Of a stretch of DNA of 64,000 nt, positions 33,644 through 48,396 are shown one piece after another. This DNA comes from Vicinamibacteria bacterium. GTDB taxonomy: Bacteria > Acidobacteriota > Vicinamibacteria > Fen-336 > JAGNNV01. The notes under the pieces are model-generated. The model searched no databases. It worked only from the letters and a program-made list of their open reading frames with translations, and was not told the origin of the DNA. Position numbers and translations under genes: made by a program. Within the stretch, counting starts at the first letter, position 1; each line of letters opens with the position of its first letter. The DNA is taken from NCBI GenBank assembly GCA_019694155.1, contig JAIBCN010000002.1, positions 7,768 through 71,767 of the forward strand, written 5' to 3'.

Positions 33644-34933
33644 ATGACCGTCTGGGATCGTGTTCTGGATCTTGTGGAGAAGGAGGGACGCGTCAGCTCC
33701 CACTCCTTCGTCACGTGGTTCCGACCCACCGCCTTCCGTTCGTTCGACGGGTCGGTGCTCTCCATCGGCGTCCCCAGCGCGCCTTTTCGCGATTGGTTCC
33801 TGAAGAACTACTCGAGCCTCGTTTCCGAGATGCTGACGAGTCTGGGCCACCCCGGTGTTCGGCTTCAGTGCGACATCGACAGCTTCGGCAGCGTCGAATC
33901 GCTGCCCGTCATCGAAGCTTCCTCACTGAACCCAAAGTACACCTTCGAGACCTTCGTGGTGGGCGCGTCAAATCAGATGGCTCATGCGGCGGCGAAGGCT
34001 GTCGCCGAGGTTCCGTCGAAGTCCTACAACCCTTTGTTCATCTACGGCGGTGTCGGTCTCGGAAAGACCCACCTTCTGCAGGCGATCGGACACTATCTCC
34101 TCAAGCGAAACCCAAAGCTCGCTCTCACCTACGTGTCGAGCGAACACTTCGTCAATGAGGTGGTCTCCGCCATCCGGTACGAGAGGATTCTCCCCTTCCG
34201 CCAGCGCTACCGGGCGATCGACGTCCTCATCATCGACGACATCCAGTTTCTCTCCAACAAGGAGCGGTCCCAGGAAGAGTTCTTCCATCTCTTCAACACC
34301 CTCTACGAGGCCGGGAAGCAGGTGGTGATCTCCGCGGATGTTCCTCCCAAGATGCTGACGGGCGTTCACGAACGCATGCAGAGCCGTTTTTCTTCAGGCA
34401 TGTCCGCCGATGTCGGCCCGCCGGATATCGAGACCCGGGTGGTGATCCTCCAGAGGCTCGCGGCTGCAGAGGACATTCTCCTACCCGACAACGTCGGGCT
34501 CTTCGTTGCCTCGAAGGTCCGCTCAAACATCCGCGAACTGGAGGGTGCGTTCAATCGTATCGTGGCGCATGCCAGCCTGCGCGGTGTCGACATCGACATC
34601 GATGTCGCCCAGGCCGCGATGAAGGACCTGATGGATGCGCCCGAGAAACGCCTGTCCATCGAAACCGTCCAGAAGTTCGTGGCCGACCACTACAAGGTCA
34701 AGATCTCAGACCTCAAGGCTCGTAACAACTCGCGGAGCGTGACGATTCCGAGACAGGTCGCCATGTACCTTGCAAAGCACCTCACTTCCTCATCCCTCCC
34801 CGAGATCGGCCGCGGTTTCGGCGGCAAGCATCATTCCACCGTGATTCACTCGATCAGGAAGGTCGAGATGGACAGGAAGGCCGACAGCGATTTCGACAGG
34901 CTGCTCAACAGTCTTATCGCCTCGCTCAAATAG
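33644..34933 (+). CDS. dnaA: Chromosomal replication initiator DnaA
   Basis: LNPKYTFETFVVG, YGGVGLGKTHL, IDDIQF and SLPEIGRGFGGKHHSTVIHS motifs; ATG 33644 preferred over the upstream GTG at 33527. Confidence 0.98.
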   Translation: MTVWDRVLDLVEKEGRVSSHSFVTWFRPTAFRSFDGSVLSIGVPSAPFRDWFLKNYSSLVSEMLTSLGHPGVRLQCDIDSFGSVESLPVIEASSLNPKYTFETFVVGASNQMAHAAAKAVAEVPSKSYNPLFIYGGVGLGKTHLLQAIGHYLLKRNPKLALTYVSSEHFVNEVVSAIRYERILPFRQRYRAIDVLIIDDIQFLSNKERSQEEFFHLFNTLYEAGKQVVISADVPPKMLTGVHERMQSRFSSGMSADVGPPDIETRVVILQRLAAAEDILLPDNVGLFVASKVRSNIRELEGAFNRIVAHASLRGVDIDIDVAQAAMKDLMDAPEKRLSIETVQKFVADHYKVKISDLKARNNSRSVTIPRQVAMYLAKHLTSSSLPEIGRGFGGKHHSTVIHSIRKVEMDRKADSDFDRLLNSLIASLK

Positions 34934-35204
34934 CCTTATGTTGGGGTCCTCCGCTTTTCAACAAGGAACGACCTGTCGGGTTCCTTCGGATCTCTCGAAG
35001 GGGGCCGCTCCGCCAACACTCTCTGACGGAGATTCACAGAAGTTTCAACATCGTTTAGAATATCGTAACGGGTTGAAAATAAAAGACATCACTCAGATAT
35101 TCACCGCTAGTGAAAACTCCTCTGAATTGATAACAATCTCTTCTGTTTCTCAAGTAGAAGAAGAAAGACACGTTTCCTTCAAGCAGGTTTCTGGAAAGTA
35201 GGCC
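34934..35204. other. Probable oriC (dnaA-dnaN intergenic region)
   Basis: 271 bp non-coding; 35041-35160 is 35% GC by hand count in a GC-rich window; repeated DnaA-box-like 9-mers; TAGAAGAAG trio-like run; parS about 4.5 kb away. Confidence 0.75.
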
Positions 35205-36317
35205 ATGGAAATAACTGTCCGCCGTGAAGACCTTGTGAGAGATCTTCAAGTGATTCAGGGAATCGTCGATCGCCGGGGAGCGATCGCCATCCTTTCCAAC
35301 GCGCTTCTGGTCGCCTCGAATGATTCACTGTCCCTGTCCGCCACCGATCTCGATGTCTCGGTGAAGGCGGTCTGCCCGGCCCGTGTCAAGAAGGGAGGCG
35401 CGACCACGCTTCCCGCGAGGAAACTCCACGACATAGTCAAGGCGCTTCCTTCGGGGTCCGACATTCTCCTGCGCGACGACGAAGAGGGCTTCGTCTCCGT
35501 GCAGAGCGAAAGGACCAACTACAAAGTTGCCACCCTTCCCAAGGACGACTTTCCGACCCTGCCCGAAAGCAAAGGCGCCCAGGAGATCGCACTGCCCGCC
35601 GCGGTGATGAGCCGGCTGATCGGCAAGACGAGCTTCGCCATCACCGTGGAGGATGCGCGCTACTACCTGGGCGGCGCGCTGCTCATCGTCCACGGCGACA
35701 CCGTCACCATGGTGACCACCGACGGCCACCGGCTCTGCTTCGCCAGGGAGAAGGTCGAGGGCGCGAAGTTCAAGGAGGAAAGGGTCCTCATCCCCCGAAA
35801 GGCCATCAACGAACTGAAGCAGGTGACCGAGGGCGAGGAGACGATCTTCTTCTCGCGGACGGAAAATCACCTGATCTTCAGGACGCCGCGGCGAACGCTG
35901 ACAAGCAAGCTGGTGGAAGGGCAGTTCCCCGCTCACGAGAAGGTGATCGCTGCAAAGGGTCCCAAGGTAGGCCAGACCAAACGCACCGAACTCCTCGATG
36001 CGCTTCGCCGGGTGAGCCTCCTTTCGACCGAACGTTCCCGCGCGATCCGGCTGACCATGAAGCCCGGTGAGATCGAACTTCACGCTTCCTCGCCAGACCA
36101 GGGCGAGGCGGTTGAGACCTTCGCCGCCGAGTACTCCGGCGAGCAGGTCGACATTGGTTTCAATGCGCAGTACCTCATTGACTTCCTGTCTGTCCTTTCC
36201 GATGCCGAGGTCACGATCGAGCTGAAGGACAGCGACGCCCAGGGCATCTTCTATCCAACGTCCCAGAAGGACGGCGACTCGATGCACCGCTATGTCCTCA
36301 TGCCGATGAGGCTCTAG
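35205..36317 (+). CDS. dnaN: DNA polymerase III beta sliding clamp
   Basis: ATDLDVSV, TTDGHRL, GQFPAHEKVI, IGFNAQYLIDFL and C-terminal YVLMPMRL motifs. Confidence 0.98.
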   Translation: MEITVRREDLVRDLQVIQGIVDRRGAIAILSNALLVASNDSLSLSATDLDVSVKAVCPARVKKGGATTLPARKLHDIVKALPSGSDILLRDDEEGFVSVQSERTNYKVATLPKDDFPTLPESKGAQEIALPAAVMSRLIGKTSFAITVEDARYYLGGALLIVHGDTVTMVTTDGHRLCFAREKVEGAKFKEERVLIPRKAINELKQVTEGEETIFFSRTENHLIFRTPRRTLTSKLVEGQFPAHEKVIAAKGPKVGQTKRTELLDALRRVSLLSTERSRAIRLTMKPGEIELHASSPDQGEAVETFAAEYSGEQVDIGFNAQYLIDFLSVLSDAEVTIELKDSDAQGIFYPTSQKDGDSMHRYVLMPMRL

Positions 36318-36405
36318 GCACGAAAAGGAAAGCAACGGCCTTCGATCGCGGCGCACCGGCGCGCGAAGAGACGCCAAGGAGGGTGTGGCCGCCCTGCCCC
36401 TTTGA

Positions 36406-38865
<2,460 letters not shown>

Positions 38866-38907
38866 CCCGCTGACCCCCGCCGATCCACGGAAGAGAACCC
38901 ACCAAGC

Positions 38908-41421
38908 GTGACTGACCAGCAAGATTTCGCACTCGTCAAGATCCCGATGAACATCGCGGACGAGATGCGCCAGTCCTACATGGACTACGCCATGTCCGTC
39001 ATCATCGGGCGCGCCCTGCCCGACGTCCGCGACGGCCTCAAGCCCGCGAACCGGCGCGTCTTGTACACGATGCACGAGCTCGGACTCAACCCCGGCCGGC
39101 CCTTCCGCAAGAGCGCGGGCATCGTGGGCGACGTCATGGGCAAGTACCACCCCCACGGGGATGCGGCGGTCTACGACACCCTCGTGCGCATGGCCCAGGG
39201 CTTCAACATGCGCGCCCCCCTGGTCGACGGGCAGGGCAACTTCGGCTCGGTCGACGGCGACCCCGCCGCGGCCATGCGCTACACCGAGGCGCGACTCACC
39301 CGGGTCGCGACCACCATGATGGAGGACCTCGACAAGGAGACGGTCGAGTTCCAGCCCAACTACGACGACCGGCTCGAAGAGCCCACCGTCCTCCCCACCG
39401 TTCTCCCGAACCTGCTGGTGAACGGCTCCGCCGGCATCGCCGTGGGCATGGCCACGAACATCCCGCCGCACAACCTGGGCGAGGTCGTGGACGGGCTGTT
39501 GTACCTGCTCGCGAACCAGTCGCTCACCGACGACGAGCGTCTCGAGGGCCTGATGGAACGGATCCTCGGCCCCGATTTCCCGACCGCCGGGTTCATCCTC
39601 GGCCGTTCAGGGATCCGCTCCGCCTTCCGCACCGGCCGCGGCTCCGTGACCATGCGCGCGAAGGCCGAGATCGAAACGCGCAAGGGCGACCGCGAGTCGA
39701 TCGTCATCACCGAGATTCCATACCAGGTCAACAAGGCGCGCCTCATCGAACGCATCGCCGAACTGATCAAGGAAAAGAAGATCGAAGGGATCGCCGAGCC
39801 CCGGGACGAAAGCGACCGCCGGGGGATGCGCATCGTCATCGACGTCCGGAAGGACCAGCCCGCCCAGGTCCTCCTCAATCAGCTCTACAAGCAGACCCAG
39901 CTGCAGGACACCTTCGGGATCATCATGCTGGCCATCGTCCATCGCCGGCCGCGCGTCCTGAATCTCCTGCAGATCTGCGACTACTTCCTGGACTTCCGCC
40001 GCGAGATCGTGCGGCGGCGCACCGAATTCGAACTCCGGAAGGCGGAGGCGCGCGCTCACATCCTGCGCGGATACGTGATCGCGCTCGACAACCTCGACGC
40101 GGTCATCAAACTGATCCGGGGCGCCTCGACCCCCGCCGATGCGAAGAGCGGCCTCATCGCCAGCTTCGGCCTCAGCGAGCTTCAATCCGCGGCCATCCTC
40201 GAACTGCAGCTGCAGCGTCTCACCGGGATGGAGCGCCAGAAGATCATTGATGAGCTCGCGGAAATCGAGGCGGCCATCGCGCGTCTCAAGCAGATCCTGG
40301 CGAGCCGCGCCGAGATCGATTCCATCGTCGGCGCCGAACTGTCCGCCATCCGGGAAACGCACGCGAACCCGCGTCGCACACAGATCATCGACGCTCCCGA
40401 CGACATCTCGATCGAGGACACCATCGCGGACGAGGATGTGGCCATCTCCATCACCCACGAGGGCTACATCAAGCGCACCCCCATGACCCTGTACCGCAGC
40501 CAGCGTCGCGGAGGGCGCGGCCGGGTGGGGATGAAGACCAAGGAAGAGGATTTCGTCGAGAACCTGTTCGTGGCCTCGACCCACTCGTACGTCCTGATCT
40601 TCACCAACCGCGGCCGGCTCTACTGGCTCAAGGTTCACGAGATTCCAGACGTCGGGCCCCAGGCCAAAGGCAAGGCGGTGGTGAACCTGGTGCGGCTGCA
40701 GGAGGGCGAGAAGATCGCGGCCTTCGTTGCCTGCCGGGATTTCGACGCCAAGGGTTACATCGTCCTCGCCACCCGGAAGGGTGTGATCAAGAAAACTGAA
40801 CTCGCGTCCTTCTCGAACCCCCGGCCCGGCGGCATCATCGCCCTGGGCGTGGAGGAGGACGATGCCCTCATCGACGCCATGCAGACGACGGGAACCGACC
40901 AGCTCCTCCTCTCCACCCGCGGCGGCATGGCGATCCGCTTCGAGGAGACGGACGTCCGGCCCATGGGACGGACCGCATACGGTGTCAAAGGCATCGACCT
41001 CGAGGAAGGGGACACGGTGGTCTCCCTGGAAGTGGTGCGCGAGGCCGGGAGGGTGCTGACCGTGTGCGAGAACGGATACGGGAAGTGCACGCCCATCGAC
41101 GAGTACCGGATCCAGGGCCGGGGGGGCAAGGGCATCATCAATATCAAGACCGAGGGCCGGAACGGTGCGGTTATCGGGGTCAAATTCATGAGCGGCGATG
41201 AGGGCGTTATGCTCATTACCGGCAAGGGTATGATCATCCGAACACGATCTACCGAAATCTCGACAATGGGTCGGAACACACAGGGTGTGCGGCTGATCCA
41301 GACGGACGACGGCGACCAGCTGGTTTCGATCGCCCGTCTTGCCGAGAAGGACGAGAGCACAGAGACAACCGACACGGCTGAGGGCGAGGCCCCAACAGAA
41401 ACGCCAGGGAGCGAATCATGA
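38908..41421 (+). CDS. gyrA: DNA gyrase subunit A
   Basis: [23 protein letters not shown] and GyrA-box QRRGGRG motifs; C-terminal pinwheel repeats. Confidence 0.99.
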   Translation: MTDQQDFALVKIPMNIADEMRQSYMDYAMSVIIGRALPDVRDGLKPANRRVLYTMHELGLNPGRPFRKSAGIVGDVMGKYHPHGDAAVYDTLVRMAQGFNMRAPLVDGQGNFGSVDGDPAAAMRYTEARLTRVATTMMEDLDKETVEFQPNYDDRLEEPTVLPTVLPNLLVNGSAGIAVGMATNIPPHNLGEVVDGLLYLLANQSLTDDERLEGLMERILGPDFPTAGFILGRSGIRSAFRTGRGSVTMRAKAEIETRKGDRESIVITEIPYQVNKARLIERIAELIKEKKIEGIAEPRDESDRRGMRIVIDVRKDQPAQVLLNQLYKQTQLQDTFGIIMLAIVHRRPRVLNLLQICDYFLDFRREIVRRRTEFELRKAEARAHILRGYVIALDNLDAVIKLIRGASTPADAKSGLIASFGLSELQSAAILELQLQRLTGMERQKIIDELAEIEAAIARLKQILASRAEIDSIVGAELSAIRETHANPRRTQIIDAPDDISIEDTIADEDVAISITHEGYIKRTPMTLYRSQRRGGRGRVGMKTKEEDFVENLFVASTHSYVLIFTNRGRLYWLKVHEIPDVGPQAKGKAVVNLVRLQEGEKIAAFVACRDFDAKGYIVLATRKGVIKKTELASFSNPRPGGIIALGVEEDDALIDAMQTTGTDQLLLSTRGGMAIRFEETDVRPMGRTAYGVKGIDLEEGDTVVSLEVVREAGRVLTVCENGYGKCTPIDEYRIQGRGGKGIINIKTEGRNGAVIGVKFMSGDEGVMLITGKGMIIRTRSTEISTMGRNTQGVRLIQTDDGDQLVSIARLAEKDESTETTDTAEGEAPTETPGSES

Positions 41422-42089
41422 AGAATTCCTACATTGGGTTTACCGCGGCAGCGGCCTTCGCTGCCCTCACCATTGCCTGTGGCAATCAGGAAACACAGGT
41501 GATCGAGAATTTCTTTCGCGCCGTTCAGGCGAAGGACACGGGGACGCTGAGCAGCTTCGCCGTGGTCCAGTTCGATGGAGAGGTCAAGAGCTGGAAGGTG
41601 AAGAGCGTCGGCGAAGAGCAGAGGACGCCCGCCCCACTGGCCACTCTGGGCAAAGCCCTCAAGGAAGCCGACGAGGCCGCCGCCCAGAACAAAAAGGATG
41701 CGAGCGCCTACTTCAATGCCCACCCGCTCGAAGTCGACAAGGTCAAACCTCTCGTCGAGAGCGGTGGCAAGATCCCGGCCAACCTTCAAAAGACCGCGGA
41801 CGACTGGAAGAAGTTCAGCGATTTGGATCACGATCTCAAAGAGAAGGCGGCCAACGCCAAGCAGGCGTATGAGCGCGAGAAGCGCCTCGTCACCATGTCG
41901 ACAGGCTCGTCTGGAGACGCCGACGCGCTGGTCGGAGACGTGGTGAGCAAGACGGCAATCGTCGAGATCGAGTCCGCGGGCGACGTGAAGCCCTACGCCA
42001 TCCAGCTTCGCAAGTACGACGTCGCGCCCGCCGGCCAGACCGCGAAGGTGATGAGCCGCTGGCTGATCTACTCGATAACCAAGCAGTAG
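41418..42089 (+). CDS. Hypothetical lipoprotein with a helical/coiled-coil insert
   Basis: Signal peptide ending LTIAC; ATGA overlap with the gyrA stop; codon usage like its neighbours. Confidence 0.75.
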   Translation: MKNSYIGFTAAAAFAALTIACGNQETQVIENFFRAVQAKDTGTLSSFAVVQFDGEVKSWKVKSVGEEQRTPAPLATLGKALKEADEAAAQNKKDASAYFNAHPLEVDKVKPLVESGGKIPANLQKTADDWKKFSDLDHDLKEKAANAKQAYEREKRLVTMSTGSSGDADALVGDVVSKTAIVEIESAGDVKPYAIQLRKYDVAPAGQTAKVMSRWLIYSITKQ

Positions 42090-42128
42090 GGACGCCGCTT
42101 GGTGTCCCGGGCCTGAAACCCCCAGCGA

Positions 42129-44249
42129 TTAGGCGGGTTTCAGGCCGGCGAACTTGGCGAGCAGCCGGGTAGCCCCCCGGCCAGGGAAAGAAACTGTCAG
42201 CTTGGCGTCATCCCCGGCTCCCTCGACCCGGAGGACCGTCCCGTAGCCGAAGCGATCGTGAACCACGCTTTGCCCCGCGCGGAAGCGCTGCGCGCGCGGA
42301 GCGGCTTCTCCGGGTTCCCTTACGGTGGTGGGGCGACTGACCCGCCCGGCGGGGCCACCAGGCGGACCATCGAAGCACTCCGGAGGAATCTCCGACAGGA
42401 AGCGGCTGGGGAGGGTGACGCGCCGATCGCCGAAATAGGAGCGCTCGCGGGCGCGAGTCAGCACCAGACGATTCCGGGCCCGCGTCATTCCGACGTAGCA
42501 GAGCCGGCGTTCCTCCTCCATCTGCCCGGGATCCTGCACCGCACGCATGTGCGGGATTAGCCCCTCCTCCATGCCGACGAGAAATACGGTGTCGAACTCC
42601 AGGCCCTTGGCGGAGTGAAGGGTCATCAGTAGAACCGGGGCGTCGTCCCGGATCGAGTCGGCGTCGGCCAGCAGGAACGTGCGGTCCAGGAACTCGCGCA
42701 GACCGAGGCCCTCCCGCTCCTCGAAATCGGCCGCCGCCATGCGCAGTTCCTTCAGGTTCTGAAGGCGATCCTCTCTGACGGGAGACGGCTCCTCGTCAAC
42801 GAGCGCCTCGTAACCGGTTCTCTCGATGACCGCGTCCACAAGCGCGCCCGGACCGAGTGTGGCGTGCAGCTCCCGCAGTTCGGCCACGAGCGCAACGAAT
42901 CGCCCGAGGGCGGAGCGGGTCCTCGAAGGCAACGCGTCCGACGAGAGCACGTCCTTGAGGCCCGCCCACATGGAGACGGCCCCTCGCTGGGCCGCGACAG
43001 CGATGGCGCCAAGCGTCTGCTCGCCTACGCCACGAGGCGGCACGTTGACCACGCGCCGGAAGGCCGAGTCATCGTCGGGGTTCAGGATGAGACGAAGATA
43101 CGAGACGATGTCCCGGACCTCCCTCCGGGCATAGAAGCCAACCGCTCCCACCACCTGGTAGCGGATACGCGCGGAGGCAAAGGCCTCCTCGAGCGCGCGG
43201 CTCTGCGCGTTCATGCGATAGAGGCAGGCGATCCGGAGACCTTCTCCGTTTCGCTGAATGTCTGTCGCGACCTTCAGCGCCTCCTCGTATTCGTCCCGCG
43301 CGACCAGATTCTCAACATGACGACCGCCCTGACGCATGGCCTTGAGCGTCTTGCCGATTCGATTCTCGTTCTTGACCACGAGCCCGGAGGCGGCGTCGAG
43401 AATGGCCTGGGTGGACCGGTAGTTCTCCTCGAGACGGAGAATGGACGCTCCGGGAAAATCGCGCTCGAACTCGAGGATGTTCCGAATGTCTGCGCCCCGC
43501 CACGAGTAGATGGACTGATCCTCGTCGCCGACCACGGTGATGTTCTTGTGGGCCGAGGCGAGGGCTCGCACGATCCGGTACTGGAGGCGGTTCGTGTCCT
43601 GGTATTCGTCCACCAGAATGTACCGGAACGCGAGCTGAGCATCGCGATCGAGCACATCGCTCTCTTCGAGGAGGCGGGCCGAGAACGCGAGAAGGTCGTC
43701 GAAATCCACCGCATTGGCCGCGCGAAGCCCGGCGTTGTACCGGCCGGCGAGTTCGTTCAGGACTTCCAGCCGGTAGTCCCGCACGTCGGCCTCCGAATAG
43801 GGCCGCCCATTCTTCTGCATGGAGAGCAGGGAGAGCACGCGCCGGGGCGCGTACGTCTTGTCCGAGAGCCCGATGGAGGCGATGGCGCGCTTGACCAGAG
43901 ATACCGACTCGTCCTGATCGTAGATCACGAAATCACGAGAGAGGCCCGCATCCTCTGGGTGTCGCCGCAGAATGCGCACGCAGAGCGAGTGGAACGTCAT
44001 GATCCAGGCCGCGCGGGCGCCCGGCCCCAGCCGTTCTTCGATGCGGCGGCGCATCTCGTCCGCGGCCTTGTTGGTGAAGGTGACCGCGAGAATCTCCCGC
44101 GGATCGACGCCCATCTCCGAGACCAGAAAAGACACCCTCTCCGTGATCACGCGCGTCTTTCCACTGCCCGCGCCAGCCAGAATGAGGGTGGGGCCATGGG
44201 CCGCGCGCACGGCGGCAACCTGCTCGGCGCTGAGCGTCAGAGTGGACAA
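42129..44249 (-). CDS. uvrD: UvrD/PcrA SF1 DNA helicase
   Basis: AGAGSGKT, VTFTNKAA, VDEYQDTN, TLHSAKGLEF and EERRLCYVGMTRA motifs; C-terminal Tudor-like domain. Confidence 0.95.
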   Translation of the reverse strand: MSTLTLSAEQVAAVRAAHGPTLILAGAGSGKTRVITERVSFLVSEMGVDPREILAVTFTNKAADEMRRRIEERLGPGARAAWIMTFHSLCVRILRRHPEDAGLSRDFVIYDQDESVSLVKRAIASIGLSDKTYAPRRVLSLLSMQKNGRPYSEADVRDYRLEVLNELAGRYNAGLRAANAVDFDDLLAFSARLLEESDVLDRDAQLAFRYILVDEYQDTNRLQYRIVRALASAHKNITVVGDEDQSIYSWRGADIRNILEFERDFPGASILRLEENYRSTQAILDAASGLVVKNENRIGKTLKAMRQGGRHVENLVARDEYEEALKVATDIQRNGEGLRIACLYRMNAQSRALEEAFASARIRYQVVGAVGFYARREVRDIVSYLRLILNPDDDSAFRRVVNVPPRGVGEQTLGAIAVAAQRGAVSMWAGLKDVLSSDALPSRTRSALGRFVALVAELRELHATLGPGALVDAVIERTGYEALVDEEPSPVREDRLQNLKELRMAAADFEEREGLGLREFLDRTFLLADADSIRDDAPVLLMTLHSAKGLEFDTVFLVGMEEGLIPHMRAVQDPGQMEEERRLCYVGMTRARNRLVLTRARERSYFGDRRVTLPSRFLSEIPPECFDGPPGGPAGRVSRPTTVREPGEAAPRAQRFRAGQSVVHDRFGYGTVLRVEGAGDDAKLTVSFPGRGATRLLAKFAGLKPA

Positions 44250-44264
44250 TGATTCGGCTTCGAG

Positions 44265-46127
<1,863 letters not shown>

Positions 46128-46145
46128 GGTTCTCCGCCGTTCCCT

Positions 46146-47531
46146 TCAGTGCTTCTTTGGACGACGGCTGGCCCAGCCGGGCTTGTTTTCCTGGCGGGCC
46201 CGGCCAACACCCAGGGCGTCGGCGGGGACGTCCTTGGTGATGACGCTGCCTGCCGCGACATAGGCGCCCCTGCCGACCCGCACCGGGGCCACGAGAATCG
46301 AGTTGCTTCCCACGAAGGCCCCGTCCTCGATCGCGGTGGGGCTCTTCACCACGCCATCGTAGTTGCAGGTGATGGTGCCCGCCCCGATGTTGGCCTTGCC
46401 GCCGATCGTCGCGTCGCCCAGGTAGGAGAGGTGGGGGGCCTTGGATCCCGGTCCGAGGGACGTCTTCTTTAGCTCCACGAAGTTGCCGACCTTTGCGTTC
46501 TCGCCAACCACCGAGTCCGGCCGTATGTGCGCGAAGGGACCCACCGAAGCGCCCGCCTCCACCGTGGAATTCCTGATCAGGCAGGAGTCGAGAATGGTTG
46601 CATTCGGCCCGATACGTGAATTCTCGATCCGACAAAAAGGGCCGACGGACGCGCCCGCTTCCACCACCGTCGAGCCTTCAAGAATCGTGAATGCCCGAAT
46701 GCGCGCCCCTGTCCCGACCCGGACATCCGGCCCGATCAGAACCGTGTCGGGTCGCTCGATCGAGACACCCGCCGCCAGGAGAGCCCGCGTTCTACGTTCG
46801 TAGAGGTCACGTTCCACCGCCGAAAGCTCGGTCGTGGTGTTCACGCCGGTGGCCTCTGTGGCGTCGGTGACCAGCAGGGCCTCGACGCGCTCTCCAGCGG
46901 CGACCAACAGGCCGATAACGTCCGTGAGATAGAACTCGCCCTGCGCGTTGTTCGGCTGGAGATCCTGAATGGTCGCGCGCAACTTCCTGCCGTCGAACAC
47001 ATACAGGCTGGCGTTGACCTCGTCGATGAGGCGTTGCTCCGCCGTGGCGTCCTTGGCCTCAACGATAGCCGCCACGCGGCCGGACGGATCCCGGAGAATG
47101 CGGCCGTAGGCTGCAGGCGCGGCCGTCCGGAAGGAAACGAGGGCGGCGGCGGCGGCGGAACCCTCTCGCAAAGCGCACAAGGCGCGCAGCGTTTCGGTGC
47201 GAAGGAGCGGAACGTCGCCGGCCAGAATCAGGACTGGGCAATTTGCATCGTCGGGCACGGCCCTCAGCGCGACCTGCACCGCGTGGCCGGTCCCAAGCTG
47301 CGGCTCCTGTGTGGCGAAAGCCAAACCCTCTCGGGGCGCGCACGAGTCCCGCACCGTCTCCGCCTGGTGACCGACAACGACCACCGTCTCCGCACCGAGT
47401 TCCTCGCACCGGTCCAGGACATAGTGCAGGATGGGACGGCCCGCCGCGGCATGGAGAACCTTCGGAAGCGCGGAGTTCATCCGCGTGCCCTTTCCGGCGG
47501 CGAGGACGATGGCGCGTACCGCGGATGCCAA
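46146..47531 (-). CDS. glmU: Bifunctional UDP-GlcNAc pyrophosphorylase/glucosamine-1-P acetyltransferase
   Basis: LAAGKGTRMNSALPKVLH, NNAQGEFYLTD, hexapeptide repeats and NIGAGTITCNYDG. Confidence 0.98.
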   Translation of the reverse strand: MASAVRAIVLAAGKGTRMNSALPKVLHAAAGRPILHYVLDRCEELGAETVVVVGHQAETVRDSCAPREGLAFATQEPQLGTGHAVQVALRAVPDDANCPVLILAGDVPLLRTETLRALCALREGSAAAAALVSFRTAAPAAYGRILRDPSGRVAAIVEAKDATAEQRLIDEVNASLYVFDGRKLRATIQDLQPNNAQGEFYLTDVIGLLVAAGERVEALLVTDATEATGVNTTTELSAVERDLYERRTRALLAAGVSIERPDTVLIGPDVRVGTGARIRAFTILEGSTVVEAGASVGPFCRIENSRIGPNATILDSCLIRNSTVEAGASVGPFAHIRPDSVVGENAKVGNFVELKKTSLGPGSKAPHLSYLGDATIGGKANIGAGTITCNYDGVVKSPTAIEDGAFVGSNSILVAPVRVGRGAYVAAGSVITKDVPADALGVGRARQENKPGWASRRPKKH

Positions 47532-47583
47532 GACCGATTCCCCGGGGGTTCTGGACTAGGTCAGCCGATCCATCAGGAACGGC

Positions 47584-48090
47584 TCAGGCCGCGGTCACAG
47601 CTTCAAAGGCCGGGTTTCCCAGGAGAGCCGCGAACTCACCATCCAGGGGCGCCTGCGCGCGGCGCTCGGGCGAAAGAGCGCAGGCCGCCTTGAGGGACGC
47701 GATAGCCTCGTCGGTCTTTTCGCGACGCGCCCGCACCACGGCGAGGGTGTAGTGAGCGTCCGCATTCTTCGGCTGGTCGGCGAGAACGGCCTCGACCTCC
47801 TTCTCCGCCAGATCGAGATCACCCGCGTTCAGGGCGATCACGCCCGAAAGCAGTCGCTCACTCGCGTTCTTGGGCCGTCCCGTGCGCCCGGTGTCCTTGT
47901 TGAGACCCATCGCCCCAAAACGACGGGCGCGATCGAGGATGTCGACCTCGTCCGAGAATTGGGATTCGATCGCGACCAGGGCCTCCTTCGCCTTGTCAGC
48001 CTCGCCCTTGAAGGCGGCGCGAACGAGTTTTGCAAAGGCCTCTGTGGCAAGTTCTCTCCGGCGGTCGTCCGCGAGCGGCTTCTTCGACAT
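47584..48090 (-). CDS. TPR-containing hypothetical protein
   Basis: TPR-like helices (PKNADAHYTLAVVRAR); same strand as and directly upstream of glmU. Confidence 0.7.
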   Translation of the reverse strand: MSKKPLADDRRRELATEAFAKLVRAAFKGEADKAKEALVAIESQFSDEVDILDRARRFGAMGLNKDTGRTGRPKNASERLLSGVIALNAGDLDLAEKEVEAVLADQPKNADAHYTLAVVRARREKTDEAIASLKAACALSPERRAQAPLDGEFAALLGNPAFEAVTAA

Positions 48091-48396
48091 GGCTTCAGAT
48101 CTCTTCTCTTTCAGGACTTTGGTGCATGGAAACTATGGGAAAAACCGCAGGTTCTACGGTCGGAATAACGAGCGGGCGGGACCGGTGAATGTATCACAAG
48201 GGGGCCGGTTCTCGTCCTTGTGTCCCGGAGACCAGCCAGTGGCGGAAGAGACACTTCGTTGTGCCTCGGAGTGGTGGCCGGGCCACACCAAGAGACCCCA
48301 GATACCACACGGCAAGATCTTGATATAAATCGGTTTATGATAAATGGGTCGTGGCTGCCCGGCTGGGGTACAGCAATTGCAGAGCCAAAGTCACCT

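Noticed and set aside
46128-46145. glmS ribozyme upstream of glmS
   Set aside because: Only 18 nt separate glmU from glmS, leaving no room.
48305-48330. sigma54 -24/-12 promoter upstream of lpxC (CGGCAAGATCTTGAT)
   Set aside because: It lacks the invariant GC at -12 at the GG-N10-GC spacing.
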